A DNA stretch of 64,000 nt, from the IMG/VR virus record IMGVR_UViG_3300009104_000012, positions 1 through 64,000 of that record; one strand, 5' to 3'. This document shows, piece by piece, positions 17,001-25,901 of this stretch. A program made the translations under genes and the position numbers. Numbering within the stretch: position 1 is the stretch's first letter; every line of letters starts with the position of its first letter. The notes beneath the pieces were generated by a model. That model was not told where the DNA came from and ran no database searches. It saw nothing but the letters and a program-made list of their open reading frames with translations. This DNA comes from a virus.

Positions 17001-17879
17001 TTATACATTTGGTTTACCTCTTACATCACGCTTGCAACTTTGACAAGGAGAGTTTGGAAACCAATCTGCTCTATTAATTCTTTGTCGCCACTCGGTATAA
17101 TAATCACTAGTATAATTTAAAAATAAACTTGGTTCTTTTTTTAAATCACCTACAGCCCATTTACTATGTAATTCAGGCGTTAACATATCGCAACAAATGG
17201 TCATTGAACCATCATACTCTATAAACACACCAGAATTCATACTTGTACACTTTTCAGTTCTTACATAGTCTTTATGTATATCTACACTACCAGCACGGTT
17301 GGTTCCATTTTTCCAATAGTTTCTGGCGTGTATTGTACCTTTAACCTGTGGTACTTGATACCTAATCCAATCTTTATCTTTATAATTTTCTTTAACAATT
17401 CTAGGTACACCAATTCTATCTGCTATCGTATTAATACGAACAAACACCTCATTTTCATCATATTCGGTTACACCATTTGCAAGGTAAGCTTGCATAGCAA
17501 TATGATCCATACCTGCCTCTAATAATTCTTGCAAGTAATCTTTATTAAGGTAATCTGAATTGGTATTAAGGGATATTTTGGCGTGTGGTAAATAATACTT
17601 TGCTACTTTAATTTTTGAAAGTATTATTTCTTTTTTAGATAATGGTTCGTGATACCTGGTAAAATCTATACGACCATCAAAATCTATTTCAGATAGTTGA
17701 GAAAATATAGAGTCATACATATCATCTGACATATAAACTATATTTTTATGGTCTCTTCTATCTACATCTGGTCTTGATAAAGGACAAAATGTACAAGTTC
17801 TATTACAATAATTATGTATACCTATTTCAACTGACCTAATATTCTTTTTAAAAAGTCTTTTAGATTCTTCCAAGTTCAT
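17001..17879 (-). CDS. radical SAM protein with SPASM/twitch domain
   Basis: CNRTCTFC motif; C-terminal C...DGSMTICC...CQSC. Confidence 0.88.
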   Translation of the reverse strand: MNLEESKRLFKKNIRSVEIGIHNYCNRTCTFCPLSRPDVDRRDHKNIVYMSDDMYDSIFSQLSEIDFDGRIDFTRYHEPLSKKEIILSKIKVAKYYLPHAKISLNTNSDYLNKDYLQELLEAGMDHIAMQAYLANGVTEYDENEVFVRINTIADRIGVPRIVKENYKDKDWIRYQVPQVKGTIHARNYWKNGTNRAGSVDIHKDYVRTEKCTSMNSGVFIEYDGSMTICCDMLTPELHSKWAVGDLKKEPSLFLNYTSDYYTEWRQRINRADWFPNSPCQSCKRDVRGKPNV

Positions 17880-18136
17880 TTATTTAATAATTTATCTAAC
17901 ACAGCTTCAAATTCTAATGCTGGTAGGGGTTTACTAGAAAGATATTCCTGTACTCCTAAACCTCTTCTAAATTTACCATTAGGTAACTTCTCTAGTGCTT
18001 TTGGAATTTCTTTATGTCTTCCTAATACAAATCTTCTTGTACCAGGACCATAAGGTTTTATCTCACTATGTAATACAAAATAATTTTCTCCTAATTGTTC
18101 TACTTTTGCCAATATTCTATTTAATGTTGCAGCCAT
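17876..18136 (-). CDS. hypothetical protein
   Basis: 86 aa, SD AGGAG. Confidence 0.65.
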   Translation of the reverse strand: MAATLNRILAKVEQLGENYFVLHSEIKPYGPGTRRFVLGRHKEIPKALEKLPNGKFRRGLGVQEYLSSKPLPALEFEAVLDKLLNK

Positions 18137-18144
18137 TTTATCTC

Positions 18145-18813
18145 CTATTTTAATATAACTACATTACAAATTTGTCTATCTACAGGTGCGTTAACTTCTT
18201 TAACTCCGTGCCAACCTCCTGTACTATTTTTAAATAAGCAAGACCTATTACCAGATACACTCTCTACTTTATGGAAATAAAAATCTCCTGGTTCTGGATT
18301 CATTTTATCTATCTTCTTACCTTTATAAAATATAGTTTCACCACCCCAATCTTCTTGCCATTCTTTAGGCATAAAATAAAGTAAATGGGAACCAATCTTA
18401 CCTATACTATCTATATGTGGACTAACGTCTAGTCCTGCCCTAGTTCTATGAAAGTCAAATCTTATTTTAAAATCTTCTATGTTTAAAGTTTTACAAATCC
18501 ATTCTTTATATTCTTTGCCTCTTAATTCTGATATTAAGGTCTGCCAAACAAAAGGTAGGTCATTTACACTAGTTAAATATTGTTTAAAGTATTTACTACC
18601 TTGAGTTTCACCCATACAAAAAAACTTTCGGCAATGTGGTCTTTGTCCGTATTTTCTTTCTTCTGGAAATTCATCTTTAAATAACTCATCACCAGGAAAT
18701 GTTTTTAATAACTCTTCATAATCGTTTTGATTTATAAAGTTATCATAATAATTATGTGGTGTCCAACCATTAGTAATTAATTCTGTTGTAGGTATATTAA
18801 TCATTGTGGCCAA
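18145..18813 (-). CDS. 2OG-Fe(II) oxygenase
   Basis: PHID HxD motif, WGGET, WHGV, and distal R. Confidence 0.85.
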   Translation of the reverse strand: MATMINIPTTELITNGWTPHNYYDNFINQNDYEELLKTFPGDELFKDEFPEERKYGQRPHCRKFFCMGETQGSKYFKQYLTSVNDLPFVWQTLISELRGKEYKEWICKTLNIEDFKIRFDFHRTRAGLDVSPHIDSIGKIGSHLLYFMPKEWQEDWGGETIFYKGKKIDKMNPEPGDFYFHKVESVSGNRSCLFKNSTGGWHGVKEVNAPVDRQICNVVILK

Positions 18814-19199
18814 CTTGTTCGAGCAATATATGTCTTATAAATTATTTCATTCTTCTCTTGTAAACTTTTGACAAAATAACCTTCAATCAAATCATAACCT
18901 TGTTCTTTTGCCCATAAGACTCTTTTATTACCTGTATGTACACACATACCTTTTTTCTTTTCACCGTTCTCATCTTTAGGCCAATTTTCTTTCCAATAAT
19001 ATTCATCTGTAGTTACCACTACAGGCCATTTCATACCGTGCTTAAGAATACTAGACCTGAATAATGGCATTCTTTTTTCTAACCATTTCATACTTGGTAT
19101 TAACATTATATTTTTAACCTCAAATAAATCTAACTGAGCGAAGCTAAGTTTACCTACGGGGTCAAGATGATTTTGTGCTCTTAATATTTTCTTTTCCAT
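18801..19199 (-). CDS. ParB/Srx-like domain protein
   Basis: SILKHGMKWPVVV...VHTGNKRV motif. Confidence 0.6.
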   Translation of the reverse strand: MEKKILRAQNHLDPVGKLSFAQLDLFEVKNIMLIPSMKWLEKRMPLFRSSILKHGMKWPVVVTTDEYYWKENWPKDENGEKKKGMCVHTGNKRVLWAKEQGYDLIEGYFVKSLQEKNEIIYKTYIARTSWPQ

Positions 19200-19728
19200 A
19201 TTGTGCTATGTAATAGGCGTCAACTATATCGGTAACAGGACTTGCTAATGTTTCCTGGTCTAACGCCTTCATTAAATCTATGTTAGTATCTTTTTTAAAT
19301 TGTTCATACATCTTTTCTTTATCTGCATTGCCTTTTCCTGTTGCAAACTTTTTAATATTTGCTGGCGGTATTACTTCTATTTGTCCATACTTTTCTTGTA
19401 ATCTATACTTTAAAATGCCACCATTTTCTGCAATCTGGAATAAAGCACGACCTTTACTGCCAAAGGAATAACCTTCCATAAAAATATGTTTGTCATCTAG
19501 TTGATAGTTTTCTTCCAAACAATACAAGACCGTATCGCTAAGGTTTTTAAATCTTTCCACAGGATCATTATATTCTTTTGTACCATAACCAATTATATTT
19601 CCTAAAAATATACCTTCATATTTCTTTTTAGGTGTGACGTAATAAAACATACAATCTTCATCATCTAATATACACCAACAAGGACAAGTTAAACTATAAT
19701 CAATCCCAATTATCTTCTGTTTCTTCAT
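19162..19728 (-). CDS. RuvC-like Holliday junction resolvase
   Basis: IGIDYS, FMEGYSFG, ATGKGNADK, DIVDAY RNase H-fold acidic motifs. Confidence 0.8.
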   Translation of the reverse strand: MKKQKIIGIDYSLTCPCWCILDDEDCMFYYVTPKKKYEGIFLGNIIGYGTKEYNDPVERFKNLSDTVLYCLEENYQLDDKHIFMEGYSFGSKGRALFQIAENGGILKYRLQEKYGQIEVIPPANIKKFATGKGNADKEKMYEQFKKDTNIDLMKALDQETLASPVTDIVDAYYIAQYGKENIKSTKSS

Positions 19729-19894
19729 TATCAGGTTCCTCTGCTTCGTTATCTATTTCGTAGCCACAAAACGGACAAGACAATGGATCTAAATCCGTCT
19801 CTTCATCATTATATACTAACGTATATTTAGATTGACAATTACTGCAATACTTTTTAGTTTTCGTTAATGAAGATGATTCACCGATACTTCGCAT
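19700..19894 (-). CDS. small zinc-ribbon protein
   Basis: CSNC...CPFCG followed by an acidic tail. Confidence 0.7.
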   Translation of the reverse strand: MRSIGESSSLTKTKKYCSNCQSKYTLVYNDEETDLDPLSCPFCGYEIDNEAEEPDNEETEDNWD

Positions 19895-19896
19895 AA

Positions 19897-20997
19897 TTAT
19901 AACTTGAATTTCTTAAACTGATTTTTCTCTACATCTTGTTTGATACCACCGATAACATAAGATTCTATTTCTGTTTCCTGTGGTGCGTTTTGTTGTGATC
20001 TACTATTCAACCAATGGTCAACCCAAGGTAATGGGTTTGTTTTTTGGTTATATTGGGACTCTAAACCTATAGCTCTCATCCGTCTATTAGCCATATACTC
20101 TACAAATTGGTGTAATAATTTTTCTGATAAACCTATCATACTACCTTGAGAAAATAGATAAGTTGCCCACCTTTTCTCTTCAGCAACTGCTTCATCATAC
20201 ATTTTATAAACTTGTTGTATGTTATCTCTAATAACTTTTAACATTACCTTATCGTTTTCAACCTCTTTATAGTTGTTTATAATTCTTTGTGATACTGCAA
20301 GGTGTTGAGACTCGTCTCTTGCAATAAAGGAAATAATCTTTGCACTACCTTCCATTAATTTTAATTCACCAAAGGCAAACGAACAAGCAAAAGAAACATA
20401 AAATCTTAAACCTTCCAAGATATTTACGGTAACCAATGCTAAATATAATCGTTTCTTTAGTTCATATATATCCACTTTACTCTTGTCTAATTGATATTTG
20501 TAACCTAATTCTATTAAATCATCATAACATTTGGTAACTGAAGCAGCTCTCTTCTCTATCTTCTCATCTGTAATAATGGTATCAAAAATTTCAGATGGAT
20601 TTGGATATAAATTTTTCATTATGTAAGTATAAGACCTACTATGAATTGTTTCCATAAAATCCCAGGTAACAATACAACCTTCTAATTCAGGTATAGATAC
20701 AAAAGGTAAAAATGCCAAACAAGGTCCTCTACCTTGTACACTATCTAACATTGTTTGGTATTTTAAATTAGATGTAAAGATATTCTTTTGATTAGGTAAT
20801 AATTCTCCATAATCATTTCTATCTTTCTGTAAAGATACTTCTTCTGGTCTCCAGAAAAAACCTAATTGTTGTTGTGTAAGTTTATCAAAGATAGGATATT
20901 TAAATGTATCATATCTTTGTACTCCTAAATCCTCACCAAAAAACATTGGTTGTTTAGTCATATCTAAATCTTTTGATTTATTAAAAACGGTTCTCAT
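19897..20997 (-). CDS. nrdB: ribonucleotide reductase class Ia beta subunit
   Basis: FFWRPEE, METIHSRSY, LEGLRFY, RDESQH, APQETEIESY. Confidence 0.96.
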   Translation of the reverse strand: MRTVFNKSKDLDMTKQPMFFGEDLGVQRYDTFKYPIFDKLTQQQLGFFWRPEEVSLQKDRNDYGELLPNQKNIFTSNLKYQTMLDSVQGRGPCLAFLPFVSIPELEGCIVTWDFMETIHSRSYTYIMKNLYPNPSEIFDTIITDEKIEKRAASVTKCYDDLIELGYKYQLDKSKVDIYELKKRLYLALVTVNILEGLRFYVSFACSFAFGELKLMEGSAKIISFIARDESQHLAVSQRIINNYKEVENDKVMLKVIRDNIQQVYKMYDEAVAEEKRWATYLFSQGSMIGLSEKLLHQFVEYMANRRMRAIGLESQYNQKTNPLPWVDHWLNSRSQQNAPQETEIESYVIGGIKQDVEKNQFKKFKL

Positions 20998-21455
20998 ATT
21001 TCCTTTTTTGTTTCTACTCCATAATATTCTTTATAGTTTTCAATCCAATAGTTAACTCTTTCCATAAACCAATCATAACCATTGTACCCAACCATTCGGT
21101 CCATTTCTTTAAAATTTTCCTCATCATAGATAATAAATGTAGGGACACCTCTTATAGGTTTAATATCCCCTCTTCCAACTGAATCTATAAACCATTTAGG
21201 TGGTTTACTAGCGTCAATAATTTTTAATGGTAGTGTCTTACTAGCTTCTGTATCTTTATAAGTTGGATACACCTCAACCATAAATGCCTGACAATAAGGA
21301 CAGGTTTTACTATGAAACATTAATAATTCATAAGCATATAATGGAGTACAAAGTAGGAAGAATACTATACTACAAACACTTATCAGGCGAGTCATAGGCG
21401 ACTTCATCCAAATAATCATTTGAGTCATAATCTTTTTTCTTAAATCTGTTTTCAT
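20994..21455 (-). CDS. exported thioredoxin-like protein (SoxS/SoxW-like)
   Basis: Signal-like segment, CPYC, GVPTFI, RMVGY; true start possibly 21395. Confidence 0.75.
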   Translation of the reverse strand: MKTDLRKKIMTQMIIWMKSPMTRLISVCSIVFFLLCTPLYAYELLMFHSKTCPYCQAFMVEVYPTYKDTEASKTLPLKIIDASKPPKWFIDSVGRGDIKPIRGVPTFIIYDEENFKEMDRMVGYNGYDWFMERVNYWIENYKEYYGVETKKEI

Positions 21456-22101
21456 CTTTTTCTTTCTTATCTTTCAATTCATAGAAAAAATGGTCATCAT
21501 CACCTGCTGTCCATTTTTCTTGTGATTCTACGCTGTATACCTTTGTAGAAACTTTGTAATCTGGAAATCTCATTTCACTTGGCGATAGAGATTTGTCGTA
21601 AAATATAGTTCTATTGTTTGGTTGAGCTGCAAAATGTCCATTTTCCAATCTCAATATGTTAAAAGATTTGTGCTGACTTGGTACTTCTGAATAAGTTATA
21701 TTTCTTTCCAAGTTGGTTGAATTGCAAACATCTATGGTAAACATATACCATCCTTTATACATTTTTTTACTAGGTGATAGATACTTACATCTATTACCTT
21801 CCAATAATTGTTTTTCAATTACTGCAATATCATAACTAAAACAATCCCATAATTCTAATTCAGTTAATGGTATGTCTTCTTTAAAATCTTCCTTCCAAAC
21901 AAACGCTGAAATTGGTAACTTATCGTACAAAGCACCTGTCTCATACAAAAATGTTTCAAAGTATAAAGCATTACCTTGAATACTTTTTGCTGTTGTCCAA
22001 ATACCTGGTTCTAATTCACCGTGTCCTTTTTGATGGTCATACAAATACTCTTTCTTAACAAACACCTCTACGTGTGGTATGTTTGCGACTAGAAATGCCA
22101 T
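21370..22101 (-). CDS. conserved hypothetical protein
   Basis: 243 aa; KLPISAF, ELWDCFSY and FAAQPNNR motifs recalled from marine alphaproteobacterial phages. Confidence 0.75.
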   Translation of the reverse strand: MAFLVANIPHVEVFVKKEYLYDHQKGHGELEPGIWTTAKSIQGNALYFETFLYETGALYDKLPISAFVWKEDFKEDIPLTELELWDCFSYDIAVIEKQLLEGNRCKYLSPSKKMYKGWYMFTIDVCNSTNLERNITYSEVPSQHKSFNILRLENGHFAAQPNNRTIFYDKSLSPSEMRFPDYKVSTKVYSVESQEKWTAGDDDHFFYELKDKKEKDENRFKKKDYDSNDYLDEVAYDSPDKCL

Positions 22102-22110
22102 AAAGTTCCT

Positions 22111-24411
22111 TTATATTACACACGATTCACAATCCTCTGGATCGCCTGTAGGTTGATGTTCTACTTCACTTGTATTGGAATCTGACAACACTTTATCATT
22201 TTGATCTAAATCTTTCTTACTATCATATGTGTTTTGATAATATGAAGTCTTCCATCCATACTTATATGTATTTAATAAGTCTTCTGCCATCTTTGATATT
22301 GGTACCTGACCATCTTTATAATGTTCAGGATTATATGACCAATTACCGCTGATAGCCTGATCAAAATACTTTTGCATTACCGAGACTATGTTTATATATC
22401 CTTCATTTGATTTCATATCCCATAGTAAAGTATAATTATTTTTTAGTCTTCTATAATCTGGTACAACCTGTTTTAAAGGTCCCTTTTTACTTTTCTTTAT
22501 AGAAAGATAATCTCTAGGTGGTTCTATGCCATTGGTGGCATTAGAAACCACACTAGAGGATTCAGACGGCATTTGAGCTGTGAGTGTGCTATGACGGAGG
22601 CCAGTCTCAACAATCTCCTTTCGGAGTTTCTCCCAATTGAAAGATAATTTGCGGCTAACAATTTCATCTACTTCCTTTTTATAGGTGTCAATTGGTAAGA
22701 TACCATCGGAATATTTTGTCTTATTAAAGTATTCACATTTACCTTTTTCTTTTGCTAGAGTTAAACTAGATTGTAAAAGGTAATATTGGAAAGCTTCTGA
22801 TAACTTATCTACTTCTCTCCAACCTTGTTTATCTTCATAAGAATAACCTAATTTTGCCAAATAATGTGCTAACCCTATATAACCAATGCCTAAACTTCTT
22901 CTGGCTTTAGTTGATATTTCAGCAGCTTTTACTGGATATTTTTGAAGGTCTATAACTTCATCAAGAGCCCTTACGGCTAAATCACATATAGGTTCTAACT
23001 CATCTAAACTATTAATCTTACCTACATTAACAGCAGATAAAATACATAGAGCAATCTCACCGTCCTCACCATCTATATGTTGAATTGGTTTGGTTGGTAA
23101 TGTTATCTCTTGACATAAGTTAGACATTGTAATTCTATCCTTAAATGAGGAGTGAGTATTACAATGGTCTATATTCATAATGTATATACGACCTGTTTCA
23201 GCTCTTTCTTTTAGCATTGCCATAAACAATTCTTGAGCTGATATTTTAATTTTACTTATTGATGTTTTTCGTTCAGCAATTTGGTACAAATTATCAAACT
23301 CTTTTGTACCAAATGCCTCAACTAATTCAGGTACGTCGTGTGGAGAAAACAAGGTGATGTCTTCGTCATTTATAAATCGTTCATAGAATAATTTGGATAA
23401 TTGTATGGAATAATCCAATTTTCTTACTCTATTATCTTCCGTACCTTTATTATTTTTTAATACTAATATGTCTTCTATTTCTTGGTGCCAAATAGGGAAG
23501 TGAGTAGTTGCACTCCCGCCTCTAACTCCATTTTGAGTACAACACTTAACCGTTGCTTCAAACTTTTTAAGGAAAGGGATAACTCCTGTATGTTGGACCT
23601 CACCTCCCCTAATTTTCGAGTTGATTCCTCGAATCCGACCTGCATTGATCCCAATTCCAGCACGCTGGGCAATGTAGCGGCCAATAGCCATATCACTAGA
23701 AAAGATACTAGGTAAAGTATCATCAATATCAACCAGTACACAACTAGCATACTGCCTAACAGGAGTCCTAACACCCGCCATAACAGGCGTAGGAATATTG
23801 ATTTTAAATCTGGATATAGCGTCATAATACCTTTTAACATAACTCATCCTCTTATTTTTAGGGTACTTTGCAAAGATAGTAGCTGCTATCATCATATACA
23901 TAAACTGGGGTGTCTCATACACCGTACCAGAGCTTCTATCTTGAACAAGGTACTTATCTATGATTTGCCTTAATCCTGCATAGGTAAAATCATAATCTCT
24001 TTCGTGTGTAATCCAATTTTCCATTCTATCAAAATCTTTTTTCTCATAATTTTTTAGAATAGATTCGTCATAAACTTTTTTCTCAACACAATTAGTTACG
24101 TGTTTATAAAAATGTGGGTGGTCCCATAGTCTGTGGAATATTTGTTTTCTTAATGAATATAAAAGTAATCTAGCAGCAACATATTGATAGTTTGGTGCTT
24201 CAAGGGAAATTAAATCTGAAGCTGACTTGATTAATATTTGTTGAATTTCTTTTGTGGTTATGTTATCATAAAATTGTAAATCACTATTCATTTCAACCTG
24301 TGAGGAAGATACACCACTTATATCTTCACAAGCATACTCAACCATTTCGTGTATCTTATCAATATTAAGAGGTTCTATACCTCTACCATTACGTTTCTTA
24401 ACATTTATCAT
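22111..24411 (-). CDS. nrdA: ribonucleotide reductase class Ia alpha subunit with ATP cone
   Basis: VKKRNG ATP cone, ASCVL, SNLCQEI, C-terminal CESCVI. Confidence 0.97.
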   Translation of the reverse strand: MINVKKRNGRGIEPLNIDKIHEMVEYACEDISGVSSSQVEMNSDLQFYDNITTKEIQQILIKSASDLISLEAPNYQYVAARLLLYSLRKQIFHRLWDHPHFYKHVTNCVEKKVYDESILKNYEKKDFDRMENWITHERDYDFTYAGLRQIIDKYLVQDRSSGTVYETPQFMYMMIAATIFAKYPKNKRMSYVKRYYDAISRFKINIPTPVMAGVRTPVRQYASCVLVDIDDTLPSIFSSDMAIGRYIAQRAGIGINAGRIRGINSKIRGGEVQHTGVIPFLKKFEATVKCCTQNGVRGGSATTHFPIWHQEIEDILVLKNNKGTEDNRVRKLDYSIQLSKLFYERFINDEDITLFSPHDVPELVEAFGTKEFDNLYQIAERKTSISKIKISAQELFMAMLKERAETGRIYIMNIDHCNTHSSFKDRITMSNLCQEITLPTKPIQHIDGEDGEIALCILSAVNVGKINSLDELEPICDLAVRALDEVIDLQKYPVKAAEISTKARRSLGIGYIGLAHYLAKLGYSYEDKQGWREVDKLSEAFQYYLLQSSLTLAKEKGKCEYFNKTKYSDGILPIDTYKKEVDEIVSRKLSFNWEKLRKEIVETGLRHSTLTAQMPSESSSVVSNATNGIEPPRDYLSIKKSKKGPLKQVVPDYRRLKNNYTLLWDMKSNEGYINIVSVMQKYFDQAISGNWSYNPEHYKDGQVPISKMAEDLLNTYKYGWKTSYYQNTYDSKKDLDQNDKVLSDSNTSEVEHQPTGDPEDCESCVI

Positions 24412-24419
24412 TCAACCTC

Positions 24420-25412
24420 CTAGCACCTTTTAAATGTATTTAATCTTGTCAACGCCTCTAATTTGGAAAATGTATTACTATCTATCATCTGTTTGACCTT
24501 CACTTGGTCTAGTCCAGATTGTATCATTTCATTTATATCTTTACACTTCATATCTTCGGGCCATATTACTATATTAAAATCTTTCTCTATTACTTTATAC
24601 ATCTTATCAATAATTTCTTTGTTGCGAGGTTCGTTATCGAATATGTATGTTATATCTTCCGTCTTCACACGCAAAGTCAAATCTGAACCTGCAGCTGCAA
24701 TACAATTATCTATAAACAAACTATCAATTGGTCCTTCTGTTATGTAAATATGTTGTTGATAATTTACTCTTTCAAGACCATATATCTTTTGTTTATTTTC
24801 ATCTAATTTTATTGTAACGTATTTCGGTTGTTCTTTTCCAAATGCACGACCTTGGAAAGCAAAAAGGTTTCCTGATACATCAAAGAAAGGTATGATCAAT
24901 CTTGGATGTTCATATCTTTCATTAAACGTATCAGGTTTAACCTTCTTCACAAGCGAATAAAATTTGCTACAATAATATAATCTTCCATAATGAACGGGAG
25001 GAATCAATCTCGAGCTAATATACTTCCTTGCTGGATGTGATTCAGCAAGTTCATCAATAGATTTTAAACCAGATAATATATTTGTTTCAAACTTTGGTGG
25101 TTTAAAATCAAACAAAGGTTTTGGCGTCGCTGGGGCCGACCCTTTATATCGTTCTAGTAAATATGCTTCATACATTTTAGGGTCAACAAACTTAATAAAG
25201 TTTGCAAGATTTTGACCCATACCACAATTATGGCATTTGAAAAACATATCGTTCTTTACACGATAAAAATATCCTCTTGCTTTAGTCTTACTCTTCTGAC
25301 TATCACCACAATGGGGACATCTGAAATTAAATAAGTATTCTGTTCTTTTTTTAAACTGGTCTAACCGTAGGGCTAGCTGGTTAATAAATTTTAAATCAAT
25401 ATAATTTGACAT
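24420..25412 (-). CDS. 61: DNA primase gp61
   Basis: FRCPHCGDS...FKCHNCG Zn finger, TEGPIDSLF, FDNEPRN. Confidence 0.95.
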   Translation of the reverse strand: MSNYIDLKFINQLALRLDQFKKRTEYLFNFRCPHCGDSQKSKTKARGYFYRVKNDMFFKCHNCGMGQNLANFIKFVDPKMYEAYLLERYKGSAPATPKPLFDFKPPKFETNILSGLKSIDELAESHPARKYISSRLIPPVHYGRLYYCSKFYSLVKKVKPDTFNERYEHPRLIIPFFDVSGNLFAFQGRAFGKEQPKYVTIKLDENKQKIYGLERVNYQQHIYITEGPIDSLFIDNCIAAAGSDLTLRVKTEDITYIFDNEPRNKEIIDKMYKVIEKDFNIVIWPEDMKCKDINEMIQSGLDQVKVKQMIDSNTFSKLEALTRLNTFKRC

Positions 25413-25438
25413 TCACACACTCAATTTGTATAAGGATC

Positions 25439-25467
25439 ATATTACACCATCTAGTGTAAAAAGTCAA
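25439..25467 (-). promoter_or_regulatory. sigma70-type promoter for the primase-nrd operon
   Basis: TTGACT-N17-TAATAT. Confidence 0.6.
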
Positions 25468-25474
25468 GTCTCCT

Positions 25475-25900
25475 TTACTTCATCATTTCAATAATCTCGG
25501 AGAAATTTCCTCCCACAATCCATCCTATAACTATTGCTCCACCTAATATAATCCAACGGTATTTCTCCAACATACCAACTCTACCACCTATATCATTTCT
25601 CAATGCTTTAATTTCGGTAAGTAACCGTCTTTCCACACTATCCATTTCATTTCTTAATTGTGTGGATAATTCTTCAATCTGGTCTTGTCGGTCTTTTAAT
25701 TTTGTAAAGATTATTTCATCTACCTTTTCTTGTTGAGATAATTTCTCTTCGTGTACAGCCAGCATAGACTTTATACTACCTGATACTTCGGTAAGTTTAC
25801 CTATTGCTGTGTCTAATCGTTCTTGGATTGATGTTGCAATAACAACATCTTTTTTAAGATTTTCTACATCTATTTTTAAATCTACTATTGGGTCCGCCAT
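25475..25900 (-). CDS. coiled-coil protein with C-terminal TM (last gene of the curli operon)
   Basis: Heptad-rich, LAVHEE motif, C-terminal WIILGGAIVIGWIV. Confidence 0.75.
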   Translation of the reverse strand: MADPIVDLKIDVENLKKDVVIATSIQERLDTAIGKLTEVSGSIKSMLAVHEEKLSQQEKVDEIIFTKLKDRQDQIEELSTQLRNEMDSVERRLLTEIKALRNDIGGRVGMLEKYRWIILGGAIVIGWIVGGNFSEIIEMMK

Positions 25901-25901
25901 A

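Noticed and set aside
15029-17879. Lasso-peptide cluster (asparagine-synthase-like gene next to a small ORF)
   Set aside because: The AsnB-like protein retains a full Ntn glutaminase domain with Cys2, no B1/B2 leader peptidase genes are present, and the context is sugar biosynthesis.
23475-23840. 121-aa same-strand alternative-frame ORF inside nrdA
   Set aside because: Leu-rich frame shadow with no SD or recognisable motif; expected by chance in a locally GC-richer part of nrdA.
19897-24411. Introns or inteins in nrdA/nrdB (gp43 and gp41 also checked)
   Set aside because: All are uninterrupted and of normal length, with no intein splice motifs apparent.
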